DNA from: an uncultured Rhodobacteraceae bacterium
GTDB lineage: Bacteria; Pseudomonadota; Alphaproteobacteria; Rhodobacterales; Rhodobacteraceae
Assembly: GCA_965662545.1 (NCBI GenBank)
Contig: CBFIHZ010000002.1
Span: 113,047 to 177,046, forward strand
DNA: 64,000 nt
Direction: 5' to 3'
The notes beneath the pieces were generated by a model. The model was not told the origin of the DNA. It searched no databases and worked only from the letters and a program-made list of their open reading frames with translations. Shown one piece after another: positions 49,527 to 60,359 of the stretch. Each line of letters starts with the position of its first letter. Within the stretch, counting starts at the first letter, position 1. Both the position numbers and the translations under genes were made by a program.

Positions 49527-50104
49527 GCTGCAACTTTCATTGTTTTGAGAAAATTATCAAAAAGCGCATGCCCGTGTTCGGATGCGATTGATTCGGGGTG
49601 GAACTGCACCCCGTGGATCGGCACGTCGCGGTGTTGCAGCCCCATAATAGTGCCATCCTCGAGTTCAGCTGTCACCTCAAGACACGCGGGCAGGCTCGCG
49701 CGTTCAACCACCAAAGAATGGTACCGCGTTGCCTCAAACGGATTGGGCAATCCGGCAAATAAACCTTTTGCGCGATGCTGCATCCGGCCCATTTTACCGT
49801 GTACAATCTCGTGGCAGCGCACCACGCGCCCTCCGAAGGCCTGCCCGATGGTTTGATGACCCAAACAGACGCCCAACAGCGGTGTCAGCGTGGCTGCTGC
49901 GGCCGCTGTAAGACCCAGACAGACCCCGGCTTTATCCGGGTCGCACGGGCCCGGCGCCAAGACTATTCCTGTAGGTTTCATCGCCATCGCCTCTTCGACT
50001 GTCACCGCGTCATTGCGTCTTACCACAACATCGGCCCCCAACTCCCCCAAATAATGCACCACATTATAAGTGAAACTGTCATAATTATCGATCAGTAGCA
50101 GCAT
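49523..50104 (-). CDS. trpG: Anthranilate synthase component II (glutamine amidotransferase)
   Basis: [29 protein letters not shown]. Confidence 0.92.
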   Translation of the reverse strand: MLLLIDNYDSFTYNVVHYLGELGADVVVRRNDAVTVEEAMAMKPTGIVLAPGPCDPDKAGVCLGLTAAAAATLTPLLGVCLGHQTIGQAFGGRVVRCHEIVHGKMGRMQHRAKGLFAGLPNPFEATRYHSLVVERASLPACLEVTAELEDGTIMGLQHRDVPIHGVQFHPESIASEHGHALFDNFLKTMKVAA

Positions 50105-50240
50105 TTTTTACGTCTTTGCTCTAAAGGGGCTAGAGGCCCGGGCCTTGGTCGCGATATACATGGTCAGGGTTGCGTCCCACCGTCAAGGGGCGCAAGAGTT
50201 AAAAACGGTGTGTTGTGAAAAAGAAGCGAGGAACAACGAC

Positions 50241-51479
50241 GTGACACGTGGTATGGTAATCGGTATGATCTGCGGTTTCATTGTCGCGGTGGCCGCGCTT
50301 GCCGGTCTGTCTTTGCTGACAGGCTTGCAGGACGGAGTTGCAGAGGGCCCTTCAGAGCCGCCCGAGGTCACCTCGAATCTGTCAAACGCACGCTTGGTTC
50401 CGGCCACTGATGTGATTGCGGTCAGCCCTTTGAGCGTGGTGAAAGACGCTTCTAAACCCGTCGGACCCGAACTGATGGCCCGCGCGCCGGACAACCCACA
50501 ACTCTGGTCGGGCCGATTGGAAGTTGTTGGGATCGCTTTCCCTGAATTTGCCGCAGCGCCGCAGCAAACCATCCCGCGCAAAGTTTCAACGACGCCGCGT
50601 GAAAAAGGCGTCGTAATTGGCAATGCCCGTATGGCGCCGTTTTACCGGAAAATCCCGACGCCGGTTGCGGGTGTTGTCCCAAATGAAGGACCTGCAAGCA
50701 GTCTTACTAGTTTCGCCGCCGACATTAACCGCAAGCGTAAAAACAGCGAAACAGGTGCCGCCAAGGATCAACCCTTACGCAATAACACGTCTGGGACCAA
50801 ACCTGCACTGGTGCGGTTTTCCGAGCCTTTAGACATTGACCCTGACAAGCCAAAAATGTCGATTATCCTGCTGGATGATGGCGCACACAACGTTGATCTC
50901 GATATTCTGGAAGCGTTTCCCTATCCGATCACCTTTGCGCTTGATGCCAGTTGGAAGGGCGCTGCCGTAGCGATGAAAAGCTATCGTCGCCGGGGTTTTG
51001 AAGTGATGGTTCTGGCCGAATTTGCCGATGAGGTCAAACCTGATACCGCGCGAAAGATATTGCAAAATGATCTGCGCAAGTTGCCACAAGCCGTCGCCGT
51101 GATGGAAGCACGGCAGGGTGGGGTACAGGCGAGCCTGTCTGTCTCGGATAGAATCACCCGACTTTTAAGGGCCACAGGCCACGGGCTGGTTCTGTTTCCA
51201 ACACCTTTAAACGCGGCCCGGACACTGGCGCAGAAATCTGGTGTTCCAGCGGCCACCATTTTTCGGGATTTTGACGGCAAAGGCCAATCCGCTCGGGTGA
51301 TTCGAAAATTCCTCGATCAGGCCACACGAAAAGCCCGTAGCGATGGGTCGGTTATCATGATCGGCAGGGTGCGGTCCGAAACTATAAAAGCCTTGGTGCT
51401 TTGGGGGTTACAGAACCGGGTCAACCATGTGGCGCTGGCACCAATCTCGACGGTGCTGCAGACCGAGGGTCTGCAGTGA
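50241..51479 (+). CDS. Membrane-anchored divergent polysaccharide deacetylase (YibQ-like) family protein
   Basis: GTG 50241 lies 7 nt after GAGGAA; ATG 50253 is an alternative start. TM anchor, Pro-rich linker, C-terminal block ILLDDGAH...ITFALD...GFEVMV. Confidence 0.65.
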   Translation: MTRGMVIGMICGFIVAVAALAGLSLLTGLQDGVAEGPSEPPEVTSNLSNARLVPATDVIAVSPLSVVKDASKPVGPELMARAPDNPQLWSGRLEVVGIAFPEFAAAPQQTIPRKVSTTPREKGVVIGNARMAPFYRKIPTPVAGVVPNEGPASSLTSFAADINRKRKNSETGAAKDQPLRNNTSGTKPALVRFSEPLDIDPDKPKMSIILLDDGAHNVDLDILEAFPYPITFALDASWKGAAVAMKSYRRRGFEVMVLAEFADEVKPDTARKILQNDLRKLPQAVAVMEARQGGVQASLSVSDRITRLLRATGHGLVLFPTPLNAARTLAQKSGVPAATIFRDFDGKGQSARVIRKFLDQATRKARSDGSVIMIGRVRSETIKALVLWGLQNRVNHVALAPISTVLQTEGLQ

Positions 51480-51490
51480 GCCGAAAACGC

Positions 51491-53002
51491 CTAGCTGTTT
51501 GATCCGCCGTTAAAGCGGGCTGCGTCCGCCGCAGCGCGACGGATCGCGTTCGATTTATCAATGGTTTCTTGATGCTCGGCCTCGGGGTCACTGTCATAGA
51601 CGATTCCGCCGCCAGCCTGAATATACAGCTTCTTATCTTTGATCACCGCTGTACGCAGCGCAATACACATATCCATATCACCGCCGGCGCTGATATAGCC
51701 TAAGCCACCGCCGTAAATACCGCGCTTTTCCGGCTCTAACTCGTCGATAATTTCCATTGCCCGGACTTTTGGCGCGCCGCTCACTGTTCCGGCGGGCATA
51801 CCGGCAAAAAATGCCGATAGCGCATCTTGATCATCGGCCAGTGTGCCGACGACGTTTGATACAATATGCATCACATGCGAATAGCGCTCTATGGTGAATT
51901 CCTCGGTTGGCCGCACGGTGCCTATTTTTGCAACCCGCCCTACATCATTGCGCCCCAGATCAAGCAACATCAGGTGCTCTGCCAATTCTTTTTCATCAGC
52001 CAAAAGGTCGGCTTCCAAGGCCCGGTCTTCTTCGGGGGTTGCGCCCCGTCGACGGGTTCCGGCAATCGGCCGGATCGTTACTTCTTGACCGAATACCCTC
52101 ACGAGAATTTCGGGGCTGGCACCCACCACTTGAAAGCCCCCGAAATTAAAATAGAACATAAAAGGTGATGGGTTGGTCTGGCGCAGTGACCGATACAATG
52201 AAAACGGCGGCAGGGGGAAATCCTGCGTCCAGCGCTGAGAGGGGACCACCTGAAAAATATCGCCCGCGCGAATGTAATCCTTGGCCTTTTCAACTGCCGA
52301 TAGATAGGCGGATTTGGTAAAATTTGAGACCGGCGGCGCAATGTCTGCCGCCTCTCCTAGATCGCGGTTGACCTGCGGCAACGCCCGTTCAAGGTCCCGC
52401 ACCGCATCCATAACCCGTTCTGCGGCCTGCGCGTAAGCGGCACGGGCGGATTGTCCGTCACTGACCCAGGCGGGCGATACCACCGTCACCTCGCTCTTGA
52501 CGCCGTCAAGCACCACGATCACCGACGGGCGCAACATCACAGCATCAGGCAGCCCCAGCGGATCCGGGTTTATATTTGGCAGATGTTCCACCAACCGGAT
52601 CATGTCATAGCCCAGATAGCCAAAAAACCCAGCGGCGGCTTGCGGCATATCTTCGGGAAGATTGATACGGCTTTCGTCAATCAAGGCGCGCAAGACATCC
52701 AGTGGCGGACCCTTTTGTGGCTCAAAATGATCTGGATCAAATCGGGCTTGGCGGTTCACCTGACTGTTGTGGCCGCGGCATGTCCAAATAATGTCGGGCT
52801 TCATCCCGATGATCGAATAGCGACCCCGGACCTCGCCCCCGGTCACCGATTCGAGCATAAAAGCATCGCGCGCTGCGCCGGTGAGCTTCAGCATTAAAGA
52901 AACTGGCGTGTCCAGATCAGCCGCAAGACGGGTAAAAACAATCTGGTTCTCACCCTTTAGATAAGCGGTTTCAAAGCCGTTGAAATCCGGGGTTAGCGCC
53001 AT
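51491..53002 (-). CDS. trpE: Anthranilate synthase component I
   Basis: LESV...GRYS, GTVSGAPKVRAMEII, RGIYGGGLGY. Confidence 0.93.
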   Translation of the reverse strand: MALTPDFNGFETAYLKGENQIVFTRLAADLDTPVSLMLKLTGAARDAFMLESVTGGEVRGRYSIIGMKPDIIWTCRGHNSQVNRQARFDPDHFEPQKGPPLDVLRALIDESRINLPEDMPQAAAGFFGYLGYDMIRLVEHLPNINPDPLGLPDAVMLRPSVIVVLDGVKSEVTVVSPAWVSDGQSARAAYAQAAERVMDAVRDLERALPQVNRDLGEAADIAPPVSNFTKSAYLSAVEKAKDYIRAGDIFQVVPSQRWTQDFPLPPFSLYRSLRQTNPSPFMFYFNFGGFQVVGASPEILVRVFGQEVTIRPIAGTRRRGATPEEDRALEADLLADEKELAEHLMLLDLGRNDVGRVAKIGTVRPTEEFTIERYSHVMHIVSNVVGTLADDQDALSAFFAGMPAGTVSGAPKVRAMEIIDELEPEKRGIYGGGLGYISAGGDMDMCIALRTAVIKDKKLYIQAGGGIVYDSDPEAEHQETIDKSNAIRRAAADAARFNGGSNS

Positions 53003-53026
53003 ATCAGTTCCTTGTAGTCATTCAGG

Positions 53027-54874
53027 TTACTGAAATTGGGCATGAACCGCATTCAGAGCTTGTTGATCCAATTCAAAGCCAATTCGGCTTTGAAGATCAC
53101 TGGCAAAGGCGGCAAAAATATCCTGCGACAAGTCATTGATAGCTTGCGCATTGATCGCCTCACGCATCTGCCCGTCTAAGTCGGCGTCCGCCTTGCGCGG
53201 CAACACCGCATCGAGCCGGACCAAAACAACGCTGTCGGTATCATCCAGCATCGTCATTGTGCCGGGCTCAGCATCAAAAACCTGCGTCACCAATGCGTTG
53301 GGCGCGCCTTCGATGTAATCGCTCCGCGTGCGTTCGGTTTCGATCTGGGCGCGCAGATCAAGGCTTTCGAAACTGGCGTCGGTGCTCAGGTTGGCCGAAA
53401 GCGCCTCACCCTTTCGCCGCAAGTGTACCATGGTCTCATTTTTGGTCCACTGCGCAATAACCGCCTCGCGCACTGTGTCCAACGGCTTTGGCGCTGGCGG
53501 TACAATGGCGTTCAGGCGCAGCGCAAAAATACCGCCGTCAGGCAGGGCGATCAGTTCGGGAAAGCTGTCTTCGGTCACGGATGCTGCAGCCACTTTAAAT
53601 TCTTGATAAGCGGCGAGCCCCTGAGAAACGTCGCTGTGCCAATCGATGGTTTGCAATTCCATATCCGTCTCACCGGCCAATTCTTCCAAAGTGGCTCCGG
53701 CAGCCAACAGATCGTCAATATTGGTCACTTGCTCATCAATTTCTCCACGCGCCAGATCCAACGCCAATTCGTTGCGCAATGGTCCGCTGGCCGCCTCTAA
53801 GGACGTGGCTTGGGCTTTCAGGATGCCGTTGACCCGAAACAATGCCGGCCCGATAGCGCTGTCAAACGGGCCTACAACCTGATCAAGTTCTGCGGCAAAA
53901 ACTGCCGCGCCGGCTGCGCCCAAGGCATCTTTGTCCAGATCTCCCATATCGACGTCGGTCAACGCCAGTCCGCGGTCTTCAACCAGACGGTCAAAAGTGA
54001 TGGCGTCAACTTCGATCTGGGCTTTGGCCTGCGCGGCCTCGGTGGCGTCGGTAAAGGCCAACCTGTCGACCAAGCGACGTTCGGGTTTGTTAAAGTCTGA
54101 CTCACGGGCTTTATACAGCTCGGCAATTGCGGCGTCGCTGACCTCAACCCCGTCCACCAGTTGTGTCGGTGTAAGTTGGACATAGGAGATCTGCTTGATC
54201 TCGGGCGTCGTGTAAAGTTCCAAATTATCGGTGTAGAAGGCTTCCAGCACAGTTTCGGACGGGGCGACAATGGCCGCATCCAAATCAGTTGCATCAATGC
54301 GTGCCCAGGTGAAATTGCGGCGTTCGCCAATGTAATTGAGCAGTTGGTTGGCATAGGTATCAGGCATCGTCAGCCCAGATACCACCGCTGCCTCTACCAG
54401 TGAGCGGGCAGTTTCCTCGCGCAAGTTGGACTCGAATTCGGCCTCGCTCAGACCGGCATTTTCAAGGGCGAAACGATAATTATCGCGGCTAAAACTGCCG
54501 TCGATGCTTTGAAACGCCGACACGCCGACGACCTGTTTGCGCAGGTTCTCATCGCCAATGGACAGACCTAAACTGCTGGCTTCGTGATCAATGGCACGTG
54601 CAACCAGCAATTGCTGTAAGACTTGTTGGTCGATTCCAAAGGCCTCGGCTTGCTGAAAACTAATCGGCTGGCCGACCTGTTGTTGAATTCTGCGCAATTC
54701 TTCTTGGAGAGCACGCACATATCGCTGCACTTCGATCTGTTTGTCGCCGACCGCTCCAACAGACCGGATATTGCCAGATAGGTTGGTGGCGCCAAAGCCC
54801 GCCAATCCGACAATCAGTAAGGCTAAAATAACCCAAACGAATCCTTTGGATATAGATTTTCCACGCGCTGCCAT
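53027..54874 (-). CDS. PpiD-like periplasmic chaperone / peptidyl-prolyl isomerase (SurA N-terminal-domain protein)
   Basis: N-terminal anchor FVWVILALLIVGLAGFG. 615 aa. Position upstream of trpE, as in many alphaproteobacteria. Confidence 0.7.
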   Translation of the reverse strand: MAARGKSISKGFVWVILALLIVGLAGFGATNLSGNIRSVGAVGDKQIEVQRYVRALQEELRRIQQQVGQPISFQQAEAFGIDQQVLQQLLVARAIDHEASSLGLSIGDENLRKQVVGVSAFQSIDGSFSRDNYRFALENAGLSEAEFESNLREETARSLVEAAVVSGLTMPDTYANQLLNYIGERRNFTWARIDATDLDAAIVAPSETVLEAFYTDNLELYTTPEIKQISYVQLTPTQLVDGVEVSDAAIAELYKARESDFNKPERRLVDRLAFTDATEAAQAKAQIEVDAITFDRLVEDRGLALTDVDMGDLDKDALGAAGAAVFAAELDQVVGPFDSAIGPALFRVNGILKAQATSLEAASGPLRNELALDLARGEIDEQVTNIDDLLAAGATLEELAGETDMELQTIDWHSDVSQGLAAYQEFKVAAASVTEDSFPELIALPDGGIFALRLNAIVPPAPKPLDTVREAVIAQWTKNETMVHLRRKGEALSANLSTDASFESLDLRAQIETERTRSDYIEGAPNALVTQVFDAEPGTMTMLDDTDSVVLVRLDAVLPRKADADLDGQMREAINAQAINDLSQDIFAAFASDLQSRIGFELDQQALNAVHAQFQ

Positions 54875-54920
54875 ATTGCCTCCTTAAGATCTGTCGGTCT
54901 GGATGCCGCTTTGACGCTGT

Positions 54921-56123
54921 TTACGCGCCTGAGACCGGCTGAGCAAGCGGCAAGCGCAGGCTCTGCAGTCGGGCGAAGAGATTTTCGATCTCGTTCGCGT
55001 TTATATTGGCAAAGGCGACCCTGATTTCAGTCGCCCCGCGTGGATCACCGGGTGGCGTAAACATTGTGCCAGGCAACGCCAAGACCCCAATATCGCGCAC
55101 CATATGCTGCGCCAATAGATCCGAGGGCAGGGCGAAGGGATGCCGCAGATAGGCGAAATAAGCACCGAGCCCCAGCAACTGCCAGCCCTGAGGTTGCAGT
55201 GCCGAAAACCCCTGTGAAATTGCCCGTCGCCGATCAAGTATCTCCAATCGCTCTGCGGCCAGCCAGTCGCGCAGGTTTTGCATCCCCCAAAGCGCTGCAT
55301 GCTGCCCCAGTTGCGGGGCACAAATGGCAATACTGTCGAGAAATTTTTCGACTTCGGCAAGTCGGGACTGGCTGGCAACAAGCGCTCCAACCCGGTGTCC
55401 GGTGAGACGGTAGGCTTTGGAAAACGAATATAACTGTACCAAAGTGCCAGACCAGTCTTGGTTTTGAAACAACCGATGCGGCGGTTGGGCGCGGCTGTCA
55501 AAATCGCGGTACGTCTCGTCGAGTATCAGGGCGATTTTGCGGGATTGCGCCAAAGCAAAGAATTCCGAAAGCAGAGATTCGGGATATTCCACGCCAGCGG
55601 GGTTGTTGGGGCTGACGAGAGCAATCGCCTTAGTGCGGGGGGTGATCAGCTCCGCGGCCCGAACGGGATCGGGCAGCATCCGGTTATCGGTTGGCAGAGC
55701 CCGCGCCGTCACACCGGCCATATCGAGGCACATTTTATGATTGAAATACCATGGGACGGGCAGAATAATCTCGTCACCCTGATCAGTCAGACAGGCAACT
55801 GCCGCTGCGAAGGCCTGATTGCAGCCTGCGGTGACCGCGACTTGTGTCGACGCAATGTCACCACCGTATTCCGTGCACCAACGATTGCCAACTTCAGCGC
55901 GCAGAGCAGGCAGACCTAAAACCGGCCCGTATAAATGTATATCAGGCTCGTCTTGAACCAGCCGGGCCATTTCGGCGCGCAAGGCATGTGGCGGCGGATC
56001 AACTGGCGCGGCCTGGCTGACATTAATCAATGGATAGGTGGCTGAAAAATCAAGACCGTCCAGCCAGCTCAGAGCCTGCATAACCGGCGGCGCAAAGGTT
56101 GCTTTTGTACGGGTCATGGCCAT
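54921..56123 (-). CDS. Class I/II PLP-dependent aminotransferase
   Basis: Start at ATG 56123 (AAGGA 7 nt upstream). SFSKAY lysine motif, NPAG, DETYRDF. Confidence 0.8.
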   Translation of the reverse strand: MAMTRTKATFAPPVMQALSWLDGLDFSATYPLINVSQAAPVDPPPHALRAEMARLVQDEPDIHLYGPVLGLPALRAEVGNRWCTEYGGDIASTQVAVTAGCNQAFAAAVACLTDQGDEIILPVPWYFNHKMCLDMAGVTARALPTDNRMLPDPVRAAELITPRTKAIALVSPNNPAGVEYPESLLSEFFALAQSRKIALILDETYRDFDSRAQPPHRLFQNQDWSGTLVQLYSFSKAYRLTGHRVGALVASQSRLAEVEKFLDSIAICAPQLGQHAALWGMQNLRDWLAAERLEILDRRRAISQGFSALQPQGWQLLGLGAYFAYLRHPFALPSDLLAQHMVRDIGVLALPGTMFTPPGDPRGATEIRVAFANINANEIENLFARLQSLRLPLAQPVSGA

Positions 56124-56156
56124 GTGCTGATCCTTAATAGTCACCGTTTTTGCAGC

Positions 56157-56657
56157 TCAGTCCTTGCCACGATAAGGCTCAACATATTGCAAAGCCATGT
56201 CCCATGGAAAGAAAATCCATGTGTCCTGGCTGACTTCTGTGATGAAAGTATTGACCATCTCGCGCCCCATGGGCTTAGCATATACTGTGGCGATATGCGC
56301 ATTCGGCATGTGGGCTTTAACCAGTTCGAGCGTTTTGCCCGTATCAACAAGATCATCGATTACCAACACACCGGTGCCGTCACCAACCAAATCCCGACTT
56401 GGACATTTGATAACCCGTGGTTCCGATTGCGACTGATGATCATAAGATTTTACGCTGATTGTATCGACCATGCGAATATCCAATTCGCGGGCCACGATCA
56501 TCGCGGGGGCCATACCACCGCGTGTGATCGCCACCACGGCCCGCCAAGGAGCACCAGCCGGTCCCTGCCCATCCAGCCGCCAAGCCAGTGCACGCGAATC
56601 GCGGTGCAGCTGATCCCAACTGACGTGAAAGCCTTTTTCATGTGGCAGTCTGTCCAT
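56157..56657 (-). CDS. gpt: Xanthine-guanine phosphoribosyltransferase
   Basis: Start at ATG 56657 (GAGGGGGA 4 nt upstream) gives [32 protein letters not shown] loop [13 protein letters not shown]. Confidence 0.88.
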   Translation of the reverse strand: MDRLPHEKGFHVSWDQLHRDSRALAWRLDGQGPAGAPWRAVVAITRGGMAPAMIVARELDIRMVDTISVKSYDHQSQSEPRVIKCPSRDLVGDGTGVLVIDDLVDTGKTLELVKAHMPNAHIATVYAKPMGREMVNTFITEVSQDTWIFFPWDMALQYVEPYRGKD

Positions 56658-56776
56658 TTTATCCCCCTCAGAGACCGTCATCGCATGGGATGCTCCCTCT
56701 GTATTGCTTATCTTTTTGGCCATTCTTTTCTTTGGTGCCCTCCAGCCGGTCTGATCCAGCCTTGCAGACTGTGTGC

Positions 56777-57583
56777 TCAAGTCTTGGTAATGTCAGGTGC
56801 GTCCACGGCCTTCATGCCAACGACGTGATATCCGGCGTCTACATGCAGGTTCTCACCGGTTGTCCCCGACCCCAGATCAGACAGCAGGAATAGGGCTGCC
56901 TTGCCCACTTCATCCTGCGTCACATTGCGCCGCAGCGGCGAATTGTATTCGTTCCACTTCATAATATAGCGAAAATCACCAATGCCTGACGCTGCAAGTG
57001 TCTTGATGGGACCTGCAGAAATGGCGTTGACCCGAATACCATCTTTGCCCAAATCTTCTGCAAGATATTGCACCGATGCCTCAAGTCCGGCTTTCGCAAC
57101 TCCCATGACGTTGTAATGCGGCATCACCTTTTCAGCGCCGTAATATGTCAGTGTCAGGCAAGAGCCGCCGTTTGTCATCATCTTCTCGGCCCGTTGCACC
57201 ACGGCGGTGAACGAATAAACCGATATATCCATGGTCATCCGAAAGTTGTCGCGGCTGGTGTCGACATAGCGGCCCCGCAACTCGCCTTTGTCCGAGAATC
57301 CAATGGCATGGACAATAAAGTCCAAGCTGTCCCAATGCGTCGCTAGCTCAGCAAATAGGCGGTCAATCGAGGCCTCGTCAGCGACATCACATTCCAGCAC
57401 CAGATCACTACCCACCTGCGCAGCGAGAGGAATAACCCGTTTCTTTAAGGCCTCTCCCTGATAGGCAAAAGCCAGTTCCGCTCCGGCCTCACCGCAAGCT
57501 TTGGCGATGCCCCAAGCGATTGATTTATCGTTGGCCAGCCCCATGATTAGGCCGCGTTTGCCGGCCATAAGTTGGTTAGACAT
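56777..57583 (-). CDS. fabI: Enoyl-ACP reductase FabI
   Basis: Start at ATG 57583 (GAGGAA upstream). [20 protein letters not shown], catalytic region YNVMGVAKA. Confidence 0.92.
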   Translation of the reverse strand: MSNQLMAGKRGLIMGLANDKSIAWGIAKACGEAGAELAFAYQGEALKKRVIPLAAQVGSDLVLECDVADEASIDRLFAELATHWDSLDFIVHAIGFSDKGELRGRYVDTSRDNFRMTMDISVYSFTAVVQRAEKMMTNGGSCLTLTYYGAEKVMPHYNVMGVAKAGLEASVQYLAEDLGKDGIRVNAISAGPIKTLAASGIGDFRYIMKWNEYNSPLRRNVTQDEVGKAALFLLSDLGSGTTGENLHVDAGYHVVGMKAVDAPDITKT

Positions 57584-57728
57584 TACTTTTTTCCTCAATG
57601 GTGACGGGTCCCTGACCGTTTAGGCGATTGCTTGCCCTTCAGCAAGGCTGCGCTATTTTATATTTACAAGGGTAGGATGTGGGCAGCCGCCGTGGTAAAT
57701 AGGTACAGGTACAAACCGGAGCAATAAT

Positions 57729-58334
57729 ATGACAGTCAGAACCGGAATATTTGCAGGCGCATGCCCGTTCACCTTGGCACGCAACTGGTTGGGTGAGGCT
57801 GAAAAGACCGAGATCAATGACCCCAATGCGATAGCTTTATCAACCGTTGATGCACAGGGCATGCCCAATGCACGGGTGGTTCTGCTCAAGGCGATTGAAG
57901 ACGATGGGTTCGTCTTTTACACCAATTACACTAGCGCCAAGGGCCAAGAAGTGGAGCAAGCGCAAAAAGCTGCCTTCGTGATGCATTGGAAATCCTTACG
58001 CCGCCAAATACGGGTGCGGGGAAAAGTCACCCGCCACACCAAAGCAGCCTCGGATCAATATTACCAATCTCGGGGTCTTCAAAGCCGTTTGGGTGCTTGG
58101 GCTTCGCAACAATCTCAACCTTTGGCGTCACGTGAGGCGTTAATGCAGGAGGTTGAAAGGGTCGCAGATGTCTATGGTGATTCGCCCCCACGCCCTGACC
58201 ATTGGGGCGGGTATCACATTGCGCCGGATGAGATTGAATTTTGGGCAGACGGCGCTGCGCGCCTGCACGATAGGTTCCGCTGGACACGCAAGGCGGACAG
58301 GAGACAGTGGTCAATTACACGATTAAACCCATGA
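57729..58334 (+). CDS. pdxH: Pyridoxamine 5'-phosphate oxidase
   Basis: [38 protein letters not shown]. Confidence 0.92.
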   Translation: MTVRTGIFAGACPFTLARNWLGEAEKTEINDPNAIALSTVDAQGMPNARVVLLKAIEDDGFVFYTNYTSAKGQEVEQAQKAAFVMHWKSLRRQIRVRGKVTRHTKAASDQYYQSRGLQSRLGAWASQQSQPLASREALMQEVERVADVYGDSPPRPDHWGGYHIAPDEIEFWADGAARLHDRFRWTRKADRRQWSITRLNP

Positions 58335-58737
58335 CTAAAAAGATTTTATCTGGAACTGGCTCTTCATGATGAACATGAGCTGGTGTGATGTTTAGATAAC
58401 CTAAAGTGATTAATGCTTGCCAATTGGTGTCTGTATGGCGCAGATACTTTGTCATAGCTGACTGTTTGATGGATCGTATCAGTGAGAATTAGGGTGCGTT
58501 AGCTGGATTTTGCGTGTTGAGCTGTTGTTGGTGGCCCCGCACCATAAAACGGGAATAGTATTTTAAAATTGGATGACGGAAGGCACATCATCCGATTACA
58601 TACAATGTGAGCGGGGTTAAGATGAATTATAATATCGGATTTTTTGGAATTCCGGTTACTAACTGGCGCAACCCGGCAATGGCACCGCCCTGTATTTTTT
58701 AACGGCTTTCAGATTGATAACATTTTGGTGATTTAAA

Positions 58738-59268
58738 GTGCAACAAGACAATGATTCTGCTCGCGTTATGCGGGGAGTGGTTAAATGGTTTGATCAGGCA
58801 AAAGGCTTTGGCTTTGTCGTGGCTGACACTGGCGGAGTGGACATTCTACTCCACGCTAACGTGCTGCGAAATTTTGGCCAAAGCTCGGTGGCAGATGGGG
58901 CCCACGTTGAAATTTCGGTACAAGACACTGCCCGTGGCATGCAGGCAGTTGCAGTTCTTAGCATCAAGCCACCTGAATGGGGCGCTCTGCCCTTACTGGC
59001 TGATTTTGAGGACATCGGAGAAGACGTGATAAAAGCGGCAGTTCTGGAACCAGCGCGGGTCAAATGGTTCGACAAGATCAAGGGATTTGGATTCGCAACG
59101 ATTTTCAAACGTCCCGAAGATGTTTTCCTACATATAGAAGTTTTGCGCCAGTCTGGCTTATCCGACCTGGCACCCGGTGAAGCTTTGGCTGTAAAAGCCA
59201 TTGATGGCAAGCGTGGTCGCATGGCCGTGGAAATCCGCGCTTGGGATTTGGCGTTGAACGACTCATGA
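58738..59268 (+). CDS. Tandem cold-shock-domain protein
   Basis: Two CSDs (VKWFDQAKGFGFV and VKWFDKIKGFGFA). Start is either GTG 58738 or in-frame ATG 58768. Preceded by a leader of about 400 nt. Confidence 0.85.
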   Translation: MQQDNDSARVMRGVVKWFDQAKGFGFVVADTGGVDILLHANVLRNFGQSSVADGAHVEISVQDTARGMQAVAVLSIKPPEWGALPLLADFEDIGEDVIKAAVLEPARVKWFDKIKGFGFATIFKRPEDVFLHIEVLRQSGLSDLAPGEALAVKAIDGKRGRMAVEIRAWDLALNDS

Positions 59269-59744
59269 AATTCTTTCAGATCTGCTGGACCAGTGCAGCG
59301 CTTGTCTGGTGTTTTGCTTCACATGTTCTGGCGGCTCAATGTTCGGATGGGATTGTTAAACTGCGTGGTGACTGGGGCGCTGTGACGTTTCGCGTTGAGG
59401 TGGCCGACACCAAAGCCAGCCGAGCGCGCGGTTTGATGCACCGCGAACATCTCGCAGCGCAATCGGGCATGCTATTTCTTTATCCAGCACCGCAAAGCGT
59501 GAGCTTTTGGATGCGCAACACCCTTATCCCTTTGGATATGCTATTTATAGATCAGGCGGGGCTGGTCTCCATGATCCATCACCGGGCCGAACCACATGAC
59601 GAGAAACTGATATACGGTGGGAAAGAGGTGCTGTCTGTGCTTGAGATAAATGGCGGGATGGCCACCGAGTTGGGGATCACTGTCGGGTCAGAGGTGCAGT
59701 CACCGCTGTTGCCACAAAAAAGCGCCGCTTGGCCCTGTTCGTGA
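59265..59744 (+). CDS. DUF192-family protein with signal peptide
   Basis: ATGA overlap with the CSD gene stop. MKFFQICWTSAALVWCFASHVLA. GLMHRE...MLFLY...FWMRNTLIPLDMLFI. Confidence 0.8.
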   Translation: MKFFQICWTSAALVWCFASHVLAAQCSDGIVKLRGDWGAVTFRVEVADTKASRARGLMHREHLAAQSGMLFLYPAPQSVSFWMRNTLIPLDMLFIDQAGLVSMIHHRAEPHDEKLIYGGKEVLSVLEINGGMATELGITVGSEVQSPLLPQKSAAWPCS

Positions 59745-59804
59745 AAATTTATATCAAACAGGCCTTTTCAATTCCGAATGGGCCAGTTAGACACCCGTTA
59801 GGTC

Positions 59805-59881
59805 CGGGGCGTAGCGCAGTCTGGTAGCGCACCTGTTTTGGGTACAGGGGGTCGCAAGTTCGAATCTTGCCGTCCCGACCA
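59805..59881 (+). tRNA. tRNA-Pro (anticodon UGG), CCA encoded
   Basis: Hand-folded cloverleaf. Acceptor CGGGGCG/CGTCCCG (one G-U pair), D arm GCGC/GCGC, anticodon stem CCTGT/ACAGG with loop TTTGGGT, T arm GCAAG-TTCGAAT-CTTGC, discriminator A plus CCA. Confidence 0.92.
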
Positions 59882-60343
59882 GTTTTCTAAAACCCAGAGT
59901 TCAATCGGGCGAGGTGGCGTTTGTCCGCGTACCACTAGCGAGGCAATCGCAGGGCGGTTTTTTTGCTGAGCACTGCGGTGGAAGCTGGTTTCCTTAATAA
60001 AATATTAACGAAAAAATAAATTTATACCACTGCGTCTCTCAAGTTACTAATTTTTTTAAAATATAAATTTTAGTGAAATTAAACCAAAAATAATTTTGCT
60101 AAGAATCGGCATTTCAGCTCATCGTTTAGATCAGTATGTGCTGCTAAAGCTCAGTGTATATTCAAAATTTTAAAATGGATTTTTATGCTAGCTTGAATAC
60201 CGGGATTAAATTGTGGGGCGATCCCCGACGATATGATTTTAACACCTGTGCTGTGGTCAATCGAAAAATCTGCTTTTTAGAAAATTAAATTGATTGACCA
60301 GACGGGGCTAAATACGGCAGGTAGTGTCTGTCGGTCGCCGCAT

Positions 60344-60359
60344 ACGCTATATGTAGTAG
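60344..60359. promoter_or_regulatory. Candidate NrdR box (ACGCTATATGTAGTAG)
   Basis: 12 of 16 positions match the remembered consensus acaCwAtATaTwGtgt. Lies about 170 nt upstream of the nrdJ ATG. No convincing second box found. Confidence 0.35.

Noticed and set aside
49197-49856. 219-aa plus-strand ORF (similar cases at 48949-49416, 39535-40086 and 18882-19406)
   Set aside because: These are antisense shadows of trpD/trpG, the enoyl-CoA hydratase gene and the RLP gene respectively.
56124-56828. 234-aa plus-strand ORF
   Set aside because: Antisense to gpt and to the ends of fabI and the aminotransferase gene. Those genes carry strong family motifs and good RBSs; this ORF has neither.
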